Assembly: GCA_038245785.1 (NCBI GenBank) | Contig: JBBRSB010000007.1 | Span: 64,001 to 128,000, forward strand | Direction of reading: 5' to 3' | Origin: Gloeobacterales cyanobacterium | GTDB lineage: Bacteria > Cyanobacteriota > Cyanobacteriia > Gloeobacterales > PMM-0068 | Length of the DNA: 64,000 nucleotides | Shown here: in pieces, positions 41,040 to 51,156 of the stretch | Numbering within the stretch: the first letter of the stretch is position 1 | Layout of the letters: the number at the start of each line of letters is the position of its first letter | The notes under the pieces: model-generated | The model's input: only the letters and a program-made list of their open reading frames with translations | Told to the model about the DNA's origin: nothing | Databases searched by the model: none | Position numbers and translations under genes: made by a program

Positions 41040-41672
41040 GTCACTTGCGGCTTTGCTCAGCGTCTCCGGGCTAAAATCTTGGAGATAAGGAATGGTACCT
41101 AGGACAGGAGTCAGGCATAAATTCTCGATCACCTTTTTGGGTGCCCAGTCAGGAGAGACATTAGGTTCAGGGCAACAGAGGATAATTCCCTTGAGGTCCA
41201 GCGCAAGGCTCCGGCAGTAGTGACTGTAGATAGCCAGATGTCCCAAGACCCCCAGGCGCACAGGAGCGACCAAGACAAAGGGTAAATGCCACTCTTGAAC
41301 CAATTCGCCCAAGGGCGTTTCTAAAGTCATCGGACACCCCAAACCGCCCGGTCCTTCCATCAACGTTAGGCTATGGGTGGTCTGCACCTCTTGAAATTTT
41401 TGCCAGATTTTTCCCAGCTCCACCCGTTGGCCTTCTTGGGCTGCAGCCAAAGGTGGTGCTAAAGGAGCCTCAAAAGATTGACCGCAGACCTTAGTAACTT
41501 CTGGTAAAACTTGTCCATAGGTTTCCATATCCCCAGGACCACACTGCACTAGTTTGAAAAGGGCCAGCGATTGTTCAGGATAGTAGCACTGCCAGTAGGC
41601 TGCCAGGCAAAGCGTCGTAATCGTTTTTCCGACACTAGTATCCGTAGCCGTTATCAGTAGTTGCCGATGCAC
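41013..41672 (-). CDS. bioD: dethiobiotin synthase
   Basis: ITATDTSVGKT, PLAP, MEGPGGL, LG.IPY. Confidence 0.92.
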   Translation of the reverse strand: MHRQLLITATDTSVGKTITTLCLAAYWQCYYPEQSLALFKLVQCGPGDMETYGQVLPEVTKVCGQSFEAPLAPPLAAAQEGQRVELGKIWQKFQEVQTTHSLTLMEGPGGLGCPMTLETPLGELVQEWHLPFVLVAPVRLGVLGHLAIYSHYCRSLALDLKGIILCCPEPNVSPDWAPKKVIENLCLTPVLGTIPYLQDFSPETLSKAASDLDLERLGW

Positions 41673-41737
41673 AGTGTTTCCCTATTGTTGGCATTCCACC
41701 AGCTTACCTAGGGTGTGGTCTTTGGGCTCTCCAGCTT

Positions 41738-42280
41738 TTAGAAACCGAGATTAATGCCTGTGCCCGGTGTGCGTATCCTTACTGCCCCATTTTGAATCTG
41801 GACCTGGGAGTTGGGCGTTGCGACATTTACAGAAGAGTTTCTGTCGTCGTTATCGTAATCATTGTAAGGATCGTAGGAATTGTTGGTTTGATACGTGCGT
41901 TGCTGACTAACGCCACCGTTATTCGTACCAGAGCTATAGGTAGACTGAGAGCTGCGGGAATAGCCCGTACCGTTAGGGCTTGTGGTGGTGGAGCTTCGGT
42001 TGTAGGTGTAGCCATTCCCATTGTTAGAGCTATAGTTTCCAGGACTGTAGAATCTATTGCCGCCCTGGCGTAAGCAAGAGGAGCGATAAAAGTCCAGCTT
42101 GCGGTCGTTTATGCCAAAAGACTTACCCTGACGCGCTTTCTTTTCCAGCTTGTGAGAGAGTTTTGCACAGAAGTTGTCATCATCGTCATCATCATGAGCT
42201 TTAGCACTCGGACTAAAGGCACTGCTGACCAAGCCCCCAAGTATTAACGTCAAAGCAAGTACATGAATAGTTTTAGACAT
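41738..42280 (-). CDS. secreted low-complexity hypothetical protein
   Basis: Signal peptide ending AKA, poly-Asp, S/N/G/Y-rich middle region. Confidence 0.7.
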   Translation of the reverse strand: MSKTIHVLALTLILGGLVSSAFSPSAKAHDDDDDDNFCAKLSHKLEKKARQGKSFGINDRKLDFYRSSCLRQGGNRFYSPGNYSSNNGNGYTYNRSSTTTSPNGTGYSRSSQSTYSSGTNNGGVSQQRTYQTNNSYDPYNDYDNDDRNSSVNVATPNSQVQIQNGAVRIRTPGTGINLGF

Positions 42281-42526
42281 GACGGCATTCCTTATATTAA
42301 GTAGCCCGTGTACGGAGTATGTTGATGGCCAATATACGCCTCAATCCTAGAATTCATCATGGTTGCAAGCGTATCCACAGTTGCGCATTCGCGTAAGGAT
42401 CTTGCGGGGTTGCTCTATAGCGCTAGAGCGTTAGCCAAAGACTCTTACCCTGTGGTGAAGATTATGAATCGCAGGCTTGGCCATAGAGTTTGATAATATA
42501 ATTCAGCTCCGAATAAGACCCTCAAA

Positions 42527-44107
42527 ATGCCCAAAGCGCTTGTTAGCGACCCCATAGACCAGGCAGGAATCGATATCCTGTCTCAGGTAGCCCAGGTGGA
42601 CGTGCGGACGGACCTCACCCCTGAGCAGCTCCTTGAATGTATTGGTGACTATGATGCTCTGATGATCCGTTCTGGAACCAAAGTGACCAAAGAGGTTATT
42701 GAACGAGGTCAACGCCTAAAAATTATTGGAAGAGCAGGTGTGGGCGTAGATAACGTCGATGTGCCTGCCGCTACGCGCAAAGGAATTGTGGTAGTTAACT
42801 CTCCAGAAGGGAATACCATCGCAGCTGCAGAACATGCCCTGGCGCTCATGTTGAGCCTTTCTCGCTATATCCCTCAAGCCAGCGTCCTCCTAAAGGACGG
42901 GAAATGGCAGCGTAATTCGTTCATCGGCACAGAAGTTTATAAGAAAACCTTGGCCGTCTTAGGTTTGGGGAAAATTGGTTCCCATGTTGCGCGGGTCGCA
43001 CGGGCGCTGGAAATGGATGTCATTGCCTACGACCCCTATATCTCCGAAGACCGGGCCAATCAGCTTGGCGTGCGTTTGGTAGATCTGCCTACCGCTTTCC
43101 GAGAAGCAGACTACATCACCCTGCATCTGCCCAAGACCAAAGAGACGGAAAACCTGATTAACAAAGATACGTTTGAGATCATGAAGCCAACGGCTCGAAT
43201 CATCAACTGTGCCCGTGGCGGCATTATCAACGAGCAAGACCTCTACGAAGCCCTTAAGGCTGGAAAAATTGCCGGGGCTGCCCTCGATGTATTTGCCGAA
43301 GAGCCCCTCAAGAATTCTCCTCTTTTCGAGCTGGACCGAGAGATTGTGCTTACCCCGCACTTGGGCGCGTCTACAGAAGAAGCGCAGAGCAACGTTGCCA
43401 TTGATGTAGCTGAACAAATCCGGGATGTCTTATTGGGCTTACCCGCTAAATCAGCCGTGAATATTCCCGGTTTCCGGCCCGAAATTCTACAGGAATACAG
43501 AGCGGACCTGCGCTTGGCAGAACTTTTAGGAACGCTGGCAGGTCAACTCGTGGGGGGTCGGGTCGATACCTTGGAGGTGCGCCTTCAGGGGGATTTGGCG
43601 GAAATGAATCCTCAGCCCATAGTCGTAGCCTCCCTCAAAGGACTCTTGACACCAGCCCTGAGAGAGCGCGTTAACTATGTAAATGCTTCTATCGAAGCGA
43701 AAGAACGGGGCATCAAAGTCATTGAAACGCGGGATGACTCTACACGGGACTATGCTCGGTCTTTGCACATTAGTGCCACAGCCGGTTCAGTCACAAAATC
43801 GGTCACAGGAGCGATTTTGGGAGATGAAGAGGCTCGCATCATCAATATCGATGGCTTCCCAATTAACGTAGCGCCGACCCAGTACATGTTGATTACCTTG
43901 CACCGCGATATGCCAGGGATTATCGGGAAGGTTGGTTCTCTGTTGGGCAGTCACAATGTCAACATTGCAGGAATGCAAGTTGGCCGCAAAATCATTCGCG
44001 GAGATGCGGTTATGGTCGTTTCCCTAGATGACCCCCTAGCCGATGGCCTGATTTCTGAAATTGTTCAGGTAGCCGGTATCCGAGAAGCTTCGATGGTGGA
44101 GCTGTAG
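42527..44107 (+). CDS. serA: D-3-phosphoglycerate dehydrogenase
   Basis: GRAGVGVDNVD, GLGKIG, NCARGG, TPHLGAST, C-terminal ACT domain. Confidence 0.97.
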   Translation: MPKALVSDPIDQAGIDILSQVAQVDVRTDLTPEQLLECIGDYDALMIRSGTKVTKEVIERGQRLKIIGRAGVGVDNVDVPAATRKGIVVVNSPEGNTIAAAEHALALMLSLSRYIPQASVLLKDGKWQRNSFIGTEVYKKTLAVLGLGKIGSHVARVARALEMDVIAYDPYISEDRANQLGVRLVDLPTAFREADYITLHLPKTKETENLINKDTFEIMKPTARIINCARGGIINEQDLYEALKAGKIAGAALDVFAEEPLKNSPLFELDREIVLTPHLGASTEEAQSNVAIDVAEQIRDVLLGLPAKSAVNIPGFRPEILQEYRADLRLAELLGTLAGQLVGGRVDTLEVRLQGDLAEMNPQPIVVASLKGLLTPALRERVNYVNASIEAKERGIKVIETRDDSTRDYARSLHISATAGSVTKSVTGAILGDEEARIINIDGFPINVAPTQYMLITLHRDMPGIIGKVGSLLGSHNVNIAGMQVGRKIIRGDAVMVVSLDDPLADGLISEIVQVAGIREASMVEL

Positions 44108-44220
44108 GGTGGAATGCTCAAGCGTAGAGATGTAACACTCTCTATAGCAGAGCCAAACGCTTCTGAATGGTTTGATAATGTAGGGATAGAGCTAGATCTC
44201 CCTTTTTGAGGACAATAATC

Positions 44221-44547
44221 ATGAGCGATGGAAGTCCTAAGCGAAATTTCCCTGAAGAAATTAACCTAATGGGCGGCCAATTGGTCGACAAGGTTAAAGA
44301 CTTAATCCAGGAAGGCAATGTCCGTCGGGTGATCATCAAAGACCAGTCAGGGAAGATCCGCCTGGAAATTCCTCTAACGGTTGGGGTGGTGAGTGCTGCA
44401 GGACTTACACTTTTTGCTCTCCCTCTAGCTGCCGTAGGGGCCTTAGCCGCTCTGGTCACCCAGGTCAAGGTTGAAGTAGAACGGTACGATGAGGACGACA
44501 AAGAGCCCGACAAAGGCCCGACCACCATTGATATTGATGGGGATTAG
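44221..44547 (+). CDS. DUF4342 domain protein
   Basis: LVDKVKDLIQEGNVRRVIIK...LEIPLTVG. Confidence 0.85.
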   Translation: MSDGSPKRNFPEEINLMGGQLVDKVKDLIQEGNVRRVIIKDQSGKIRLEIPLTVGVVSAAGLTLFALPLAAVGALAALVTQVKVEVERYDEDDKEPDKGPTTIDIDGD

Positions 44548-44580
44548 CTAAAAAAGGATGAGTTAAACCTTCTGGTTAGG

Positions 44581-44608
44581 GGCGCATCGTTAAGACGCGC
44601 CTATTTTT
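44581..44608 (+). terminator. possible intrinsic terminator
   Basis: GGCGC...GCGCC stem followed by TATTTTT. Confidence 0.45.
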
Positions 44609-44636
44609 GACCCAGCACATAGAAAGGAGAGCCAAA

Positions 44637-46916
44637 ATGGCGGCAGAGCTGTCACTCATCCTTGATTTTGTAACCGTCTTGGGGACTGCTTCGGTTGGAG
44701 GCTATCTAGCCAACCGTCTTGGTCAGCCTGTGCTGTTGGGATATCTGCTCGGTGGAGTGGTGATTGGTCCTGCGGGTTTTGGTCTGCTCCACGATGGCAA
44801 GGAAATCCAGGTCCTTGCAGAAGTTGGAGTGGCGCTCCTGCTGTTTACCCTTGGGGTCGAATTTTCCATTAAGGAGCTGCTGAAAGTCCGCAAAATTGCC
44901 TTAGGGGGCGGCACCCTCCAGATTCTACTCACCATACTTCTGGGCGGGGGACTGGCCTATGCGACAGGCTGGGCAGACACACTACCCAAGGCAATTTTCT
45001 TGGGGGCTGTCCTTTCTCTTTCTTCAACGGCGGTCGTTCTCAAAAGCTTGATTGAACGCAACGAAGTACAAACGGCTCATGGTCAGGCAATGCTGGCCAT
45101 CCTCATCGCCCAAGATCTGGGATTGGGGCTCATGTTAGCGGTGCTTCCTGCTCTTACTCAGCCTCCAGAGGCCCTCGGTAGCGCTTTGCTATGGGCTGTG
45201 CTGAAAGCCACGCTCTTTATCGCTGGAGCCGTAGTCGTGGGCATATGGATGATTCCACCGCTGATGAAACGGATTGCCCAGACGGGTTCACAGGAATTAT
45301 TTGTTCTTAGTGTCTTCGCACTCTGCCTGGGTGTGGCTGTGTTGACAGCATCGATCGGGTTAGGCATTGCGATGGGAGCCTTCGTTGCAGGATTGATGAT
45401 CTCTGAGGTGGAATACGCGGATCAAGCCCTAGACCGCGTATTGCCGATGCGGGATATCTTTGCGGCGCTGTTCTTTGCTTCCATTGGCACTTTGATCGAT
45501 CCAGCGTTTCTCTGGGCCAATATTCCTATCTTGCTCGGTCTGGTAACCATAGTCATGCTCGGCAAAGCTTTGATTGTGATTCCTCTCGTAGCCCTGTTTG
45601 GCTATCCGCTTAAGACAGCAATCATCGTCGGCCTGGGCATCAATCAAATGGGAGAATTCTCTTTTGTCTTGGCAAGCGTCGCCCAGAATTTAGGACTTTT
45701 TAGCGATAAGCTCTACGGCCTAACCGTGGGAACCACAGCCGTTACTTTAGTCATTACGCCCTTTTTACTCAAAACCTCTCCCTATATCTTTGATCGGCTC
45801 GAAGCCTTGCCCTTTATTGGCCCCTTCCTTAGCGCTAGTCAGACCCCTCAAACGGTTGGCATGGAGGAAGGGCTGTCTGGCCATGTGATCATCGCTGGCT
45901 ATGGACGGGTCGGCCAGACACTTTTGCGGATGCTCCGCTCTCAAGGACATCACGTTCTAGTGATCGACAATAATGAGGCAACCGTGCAGGCTTTGCGGGG
46001 AGAACTGGGCATTCCCTATGTCTATGGCGATGCCTCTAGCGAATTAGTCTTGAAGAAAGCACAGGTGACCCGAGCGAAAGCCCTTGCCATCACCTTGCCT
46101 GATCCGATGGCAACCCGTTTGACCTTAAAACGCGCCCTTAGCCTTGCGCCAGAGCTAGATGTCACCGTACGCGCCCACAATGATTCTGAAATTGAGGCTT
46201 TGTATCAATTAGGGGCTTGGGAAGTCGTCCAACCTGAATTTGAAGCATCCCTGGCCATGGGGACCCATATGCTCGTCAGCTTGGGGGGACAGACCCCTGA
46301 AGTGAGACAAGAGGTGGAGACGTGTCGTGCTGGGCATTACCGCACTATTCTGCCAGCACGGCCAGACTTTGTAGTGGCCAATGACCTGGCGATTGCCGTA
46401 GAGGGTTTAGAAGGAGATTGGTTTACGCTGAAGCCAGATAGCGCCTTGGTCGGACTTAGCTTGGCCCAAGCCGATATTCGCCGCTTGACTGGAGCAACGG
46501 TGATGCAGATCCAGCGAGAGCGTGAGATTAACCGTTTTCCTGATGCACAGACGATCCTGGCCCCTGGAGACCGATTGCTGGTCGTCGGTACCGATGTAGA
46601 AGATCGCGCCTTTCAAGCATTACTTACAGGTTCAGCGCAACCCAGCGCTGGACGGCCTGAACGCTGGGTTGAAATTCCAAAGGGTTCATCGGTGGAAGGG
46701 AAAAGTTTAGCTGACATAGACCTGCGCCAACGCCACGGAGTTATAGTCCAAGCCATTGAGAGGGAAGAACATATGTTCCGCTTCCCAGAGGCAGTGATGA
46801 AATTACGGGCTGGAGACCGTCTGAAAGTCTGTGGTCAAGCAGAAGCGCTTGAACAATGGGAGACAGAGTTGCAACAATTGTCTCCTAATGCACAAGGTTC
46901 TCCAGCCGATTCCTGA
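44637..46916 (+). CDS. CPA2 cation:proton antiporter with TrkA-N and TrkA-C domains
   Basis: LSLSSTAVV, IAQD, GEFSFV, GYGRVG, YGDA and two TrkA-C repeats. Confidence 0.93.
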   Translation: MAAELSLILDFVTVLGTASVGGYLANRLGQPVLLGYLLGGVVIGPAGFGLLHDGKEIQVLAEVGVALLLFTLGVEFSIKELLKVRKIALGGGTLQILLTILLGGGLAYATGWADTLPKAIFLGAVLSLSSTAVVLKSLIERNEVQTAHGQAMLAILIAQDLGLGLMLAVLPALTQPPEALGSALLWAVLKATLFIAGAVVVGIWMIPPLMKRIAQTGSQELFVLSVFALCLGVAVLTASIGLGIAMGAFVAGLMISEVEYADQALDRVLPMRDIFAALFFASIGTLIDPAFLWANIPILLGLVTIVMLGKALIVIPLVALFGYPLKTAIIVGLGINQMGEFSFVLASVAQNLGLFSDKLYGLTVGTTAVTLVITPFLLKTSPYIFDRLEALPFIGPFLSASQTPQTVGMEEGLSGHVIIAGYGRVGQTLLRMLRSQGHHVLVIDNNEATVQALRGELGIPYVYGDASSELVLKKAQVTRAKALAITLPDPMATRLTLKRALSLAPELDVTVRAHNDSEIEALYQLGAWEVVQPEFEASLAMGTHMLVSLGGQTPEVRQEVETCRAGHYRTILPARPDFVVANDLAIAVEGLEGDWFTLKPDSALVGLSLAQADIRRLTGATVMQIQREREINRFPDAQTILAPGDRLLVVGTDVEDRAFQALLTGSAQPSAGRPERWVEIPKGSSVEGKSLADIDLRQRHGVIVQAIEREEHMFRFPEAVMKLRAGDRLKVCGQAEALEQWETELQQLSPNAQGSPADS

Positions 46917-46997
46917 AGTTGGCAGGAAACACTTTGGTCCCAACTAGTATCTTGAGTAGGGTATAACTTATACGAATCTGCCAAAGACGGGATTGTC

Positions 46998-47480
46998 ATG
47001 GACCAAGTTCGCACTCCTAAACAGCAAGACCTGGGCTTTTCCCAAGCAGAGTTAATCCAGATGATTCATAGTCGGGACTGGAAACTTGAGGCTGTAGCAT
47101 TTTCCCAAATTGTCCATCAAAAGCTTTGGCATCGGGCAGATTGGCAAGATAAGAAGGGAGAGCCTTTTGTCAGTTTTCCTCGCTTCTGTGCTGAATATCG
47201 ATGGGCCACGAACACAGCCTATGACCGAGCCCATCTTGCACGCAATCCTCGTTTTGAAGTTATTCGAGAATTTGACATTACGATGTCCACCGCTCAGCGA
47301 CTATATGCGGTCAGTGACCGTTTATTCGGAATCTTAGTACAGGCTTTGAAGCTGGAGCTACCGACTAGTGTAGTCCAGCAAATCCTCAGCCTTCCTAGTC
47401 CTACAGAAGCTAAGGCCAAAGTGATGGTTGAAGCACAAATTATAAAACTGCAGAAACTTTTACAACTTTTAGATACATAG
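46998..47480 (+). CDS. hypothetical protein, possibly mobile-element-derived DNA-binding protein
   Basis: 160 aa; I...KLW...F.SF..FC.......AY pattern; no family recognised with confidence. Confidence 0.55.
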   Translation: MDQVRTPKQQDLGFSQAELIQMIHSRDWKLEAVAFSQIVHQKLWHRADWQDKKGEPFVSFPRFCAEYRWATNTAYDRAHLARNPRFEVIREFDITMSTAQRLYAVSDRLFGILVQALKLELPTSVVQQILSLPSPTEAKAKVMVEAQIIKLQKLLQLLDT

Positions 47481-47915
47481 AGCCTCTAGACCATTAGCTC
47501 TTGTGAACGTGTGGACTGGCTCCACGCTTCCATCCTGTAAAATACCCGTATCTAAACTGACAAATGAACCATCGTGCCACGCCATTTGTGCAAGCACAGC
47601 CCTATCTCCATCCCAGGCTTCTAAAACGGACCAAGACTCTATAAAAGAATGCTGTTCAAACGAACAGGAACCAAATTCCATGCGTATATGTTGAATACTG
47701 AAAGCACTTGGCAAAACTATCTCATAGAGAGGTTGAAACCATTGCTCTCGAGAGAGATTGGTAGCAGCTCCTTCACTAGAGAAAAGAAAGCTTTCTATAG
47801 ATCCTTTACCCCATAAACCAAGGACTAACTGCTTTTCCAAAAAGCCTATATGTACTTGCTCCAAATAGAGCGGCATAGCTATAACTTCTGTCTCAGAATA
47901 CATGCTTTTATCCAT
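47469..47915 (-). CDS. hypothetical protein
   Basis: ORF of about 148 aa convergent with 46998-47480; start uncertain. Confidence 0.45.
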   Translation of the reverse strand: MDKSMYSETEVIAMPLYLEQVHIGFLEKQLVLGLWGKGSIESFLFSSEGAATNLSREQWFQPLYEIVLPSAFSIQHIRMEFGSCSFEQHSFIESWSVLEAWDGDRAVLAQMAWHDGSFVSLDTGILQDGSVEPVHTFTRANGLEALCI

Positions 47916-48237
47916 AAATTTTCGGCAAAACAAGAAGTAAAACGTTGCTATCCAGTTACAAAACTGATTCTTAATGTGCCGACTAAAGTTCAGCTAAAGC
48001 TCCGTATATATTCGGTAATTGTACTGGTGCTCTCCCCGAAGGCACACCAGTATACTTACAGAGAAGCTACCCGAATCTGATTTTCGGATTAGGGTGTTTG
48101 TTCCTTAACCAGGGATTAACGAACGGCTTCTGGGCTATGACAATCGAGCATGGGAGATATGGGCCATTCCAGGCAATATCTCCCAGTAAAACTACTTAAC
48201 TACTCCACGGTTCCTTCACTAAAAAGGGATTATTTTT

Positions 48238-49947
48238 ATGAAACTAATGCCTTTGCATTGGCTAATAGGTGTTGCTCTTATTACTGGATTCTTTGGACTA
48301 TCTCTCCGAAAGGAGGCACTCGCTAAAGATCACCAGCACATTTCTCGAAAGGAAAAGCTAGCGCAAGCGCAACCTGCAGGGCAAGCTTGCGCTCAAACAG
48401 CACCCGGCAGTATTGTCGAAGACCCAGTGGAGATCAACATTGATAAAGGCACAGACATTACCGTCAACGCTGACCCCAATAATCCTGATCGAAACTGTTT
48501 CCTCTACAACGATAAAAAAGATGGTTTGCAGGAAGCACCGACGCTCAGAGTCAAGCCAGGTCAAAGTATCAATCTAAACTTAAAAAACGCATTGCCTACA
48601 CTAGCTGGACAAGTTCAGCCAAACAATAATCCCTGCCCCTGGGATGGAGGAATGCCTCCGCAAAATGCAACCAGCCTCCACTATCATGGACTGAACGTCT
48701 CGCCACAATGTGGACAGGATAATTCTGTTCAGACGGTGATCGTGCCAGGAAAGACGTTTAGCTACAACATCCCCATCCCCAAAGACGACCCTCCTGGGCT
48801 TTACTGGTATCATCCCCACGTTCACATGCAGGCTGAAAGTCAGGTTCTTAGTGGGCTAACAGGCAATATCATTGTTGAAGGCATTGGCAAGTTTAACAAG
48901 CAGGCGGATAAACTCCCGGAACGAGTTTTTGTGCTGCGCGATTTAAGGCCCCTACAGGATTTTTCTAACGAACCTGCACCCTTTGAACCACCTGCAAAAG
49001 ACGTTTCGATCAACTCCGTCCCAATCCGCTATCTAGGCCAGGGGAAATATGATCCGCCTGCCGTTATTCAAATGAGACCTAATGAAGAACAGTTTTGGCG
49101 TGTAGCAAACACCTCGGCCGATAATATTCTGGATTTACAGGTCACCTACGATGGCGCTGTTCAACAGATTAGCCTAGTTGGGATGGATGGCGTTCCTGTC
49201 AATGCAGATGTAGCTAAACCCGAAGGCCAAACATTGCCTGCCAACCACGTTTTACTTAGTCCTGGCGGTCGCGCTGAATTCATCATTAAGGGACCTGGAT
49301 CGCAGGTCAAAGACGCCAAGTTTCTAACGCTGAAATACGACACCAAGGCTGATGTTGATCCGCAGCGCACCATCGCCAAGATTGAGATGGTAGGTAAACC
49401 TGCGAAGAGTAAGGTTAAGCAAGCAGTTGACCTAGCTCAAGTCACAGGCGACCGTTTCTACGGATTGAATCAAGTCAGTCCAAACAACGCACGCACGCTC
49501 TTCTTCTCTCAGGAAGATTTTCCAGACCCGACGCCAACCGATCCCGGTGCCACCAGAACAGAGTTTTACATGACGGAAGAGGGAAAAACGCCTCAGGTTT
49601 ATATGATGGGCAAACCACCTGCCATCACTGTCAAGGAAGGAACCACAGAGGATTGGACCGTGGAGAATCGTGCTACAGAAGCCCATGTCTTCCATATTCA
49701 TCAGATTCACTTTCTGGTTCTAGACAGCAGTCAACAAGCTTCCGATGTGGGGATGGTGCGCGATACGATCACGATTCCTGCTTGGAGCGGCAGTGGCCCC
49801 TACCCCAAGGCCAAACTGCGCATGGACTTTCGGGGAGAGGGCACAGGCAAGAAAACGACAAGTATTGCCGGGCTCTTCTTCTATCACTGTCACATCTTGG
49901 AGCATGAAGACGGAGGCATGATGCAAGAGATTGAAGTTAAGCGCTAA
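48238..49947 (+). CDS. multicopper oxidase (laccase-like), exported
   Basis: HYHG, YWYHPH, HVFHIHQ, YHCHILEHEDGGMM. Confidence 0.95.
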   Translation: MKLMPLHWLIGVALITGFFGLSLRKEALAKDHQHISRKEKLAQAQPAGQACAQTAPGSIVEDPVEINIDKGTDITVNADPNNPDRNCFLYNDKKDGLQEAPTLRVKPGQSINLNLKNALPTLAGQVQPNNNPCPWDGGMPPQNATSLHYHGLNVSPQCGQDNSVQTVIVPGKTFSYNIPIPKDDPPGLYWYHPHVHMQAESQVLSGLTGNIIVEGIGKFNKQADKLPERVFVLRDLRPLQDFSNEPAPFEPPAKDVSINSVPIRYLGQGKYDPPAVIQMRPNEEQFWRVANTSADNILDLQVTYDGAVQQISLVGMDGVPVNADVAKPEGQTLPANHVLLSPGGRAEFIIKGPGSQVKDAKFLTLKYDTKADVDPQRTIAKIEMVGKPAKSKVKQAVDLAQVTGDRFYGLNQVSPNNARTLFFSQEDFPDPTPTDPGATRTEFYMTEEGKTPQVYMMGKPPAITVKEGTTEDWTVENRATEAHVFHIHQIHFLVLDSSQQASDVGMVRDTITIPAWSGSGPYPKAKLRMDFRGEGTGKKTTSIAGLFFYHCHILEHEDGGMMQEIEVKR

Positions 49948-50138
49948 TTATCTCTAACGATTCATCCGCTGTGTACAGATTGCACCTTCTCTATGGGGGC
50001 TTTCCGTGTGCAGCGGCTATTTGATATTTGAGCCTATAAACACTCTTGTGCCCTTAAATCCTAATTTCCATGAGCAACAGAGAGAGTAGGAAAAAGTGAG
50101 CTGAACTAAACTGATATAACCTGCACTGCGTACTCCCT

Positions 50139-51101
50139 ATGAGATCAGCTCCATTCCGCAGAAGACTAAAAGCATTCCGACGTCCTCCCTCTCCTGTACG
50201 CATTGTGAGCCAAAATGGACGCTTCGAGTTTAAGGGCATAGGAACCTGGTATTCCTATTGGCGCGACCCTTATCATCTGCTGCTGACAGCTCCCTGGTTT
50301 ATATTTCTAGTTCTGATAGCGCTGGCCTACATAGGGATCAATACTCTATTTGCTTTGGCCTACTTAGCAGGTGGAGACAGCATCAACAACGCTCGTCCTG
50401 GCTCTTTTGCTGATGCTTTTTTCTTCAGTGTGCAAACCTTTGCCTCGATTGGCTATGGGGCCATGACGCCCAAAACCTTCTATGCCAATATTTTGGTTTC
50501 TTTTGAGGCCTGGGTAGAGCTTTTGGGCCTTGCCGTGATTACAGGACTCGCCTTTGCTCGCTTTTCTCGGCCCACTGCTCGCGTGCTCTTCAGCGAGGTG
50601 GCTGTGATTACTCCCTACGAAGGAATACCCACTTTGATGTTCCGAGCCGCTAATCAGAGGCGCAATCAAGTTCTAGAAGCACAGATGCAGGTGTACTTTA
50701 TGAGAGAAGTGATCAGTGCTGAAGGTCAAAGTCTCTATCGTATTTTTGATTTGAATTTAGTACGCAGGCAAATACCGAATTTTAGGCTTACCTGGACCGT
50801 CATGCACCCCATTGATGAACAGAGTCCACTCTATGGGTCCACTTTAGAATCCCTAGCAGAAGCCAAGGCACAACTCGTCATCTCTTTGAGCGGCGTTGAT
50901 GATGAGCTTTCCCAAACCATCTACGCTCGCCATACCTATGGGGTGCAAAACATCTTAGAGAATCACCGCTTTGTAGACATTATTCATTACACCGAAGAGG
51001 GCGAACGCTACTTTGATTTCACCAAGTTTCATGATGTAGAACCAATCCCGGACAAGAAAAACCATGAGGAGTCGCAGACATCTTCTCCTATTACAAAGTG
51101 A
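50139..51101 (+). CDS. inward-rectifier potassium channel (KirBac)
   Basis: DPYHLLL, FFFSVQTFASIGYG, FARFSRP, PTLMFR..N.R, HPIDEQSPL. Confidence 0.94.
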   Translation: MRSAPFRRRLKAFRRPPSPVRIVSQNGRFEFKGIGTWYSYWRDPYHLLLTAPWFIFLVLIALAYIGINTLFALAYLAGGDSINNARPGSFADAFFFSVQTFASIGYGAMTPKTFYANILVSFEAWVELLGLAVITGLAFARFSRPTARVLFSEVAVITPYEGIPTLMFRAANQRRNQVLEAQMQVYFMREVISAEGQSLYRIFDLNLVRRQIPNFRLTWTVMHPIDEQSPLYGSTLESLAEAKAQLVISLSGVDDELSQTIYARHTYGVQNILENHRFVDIIHYTEEGERYFDFTKFHDVEPIPDKKNHEESQTSSPITK

Positions 51102-51156
51102 GCCTAACCTAATACAGCCGTTTAGAATTGGTCGGTTGCAATAAACTTTACCATAG

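Noticed and set aside
42371..42379. DnaA-box-like GTATCCACA in the serA upstream region
   Set aside because: Single mismatched copy with no box cluster or AT-rich unwinding element.
48055..48095. Resemblance to a TPP riboswitch (GAGA...ACCC.GAA.CTGAT)
   Set aside because: It lacks the CTGAGA and TAAT...GCG.AGGGA elements, and the downstream gene is unrelated to thiamine; kept only as an unknown structured region.
50440..50465. KirBac filter SIGYG instead of TIGYG
   Set aside because: Conservative change that, to my knowledge, occurs in other cyanobacterial KirBacs.
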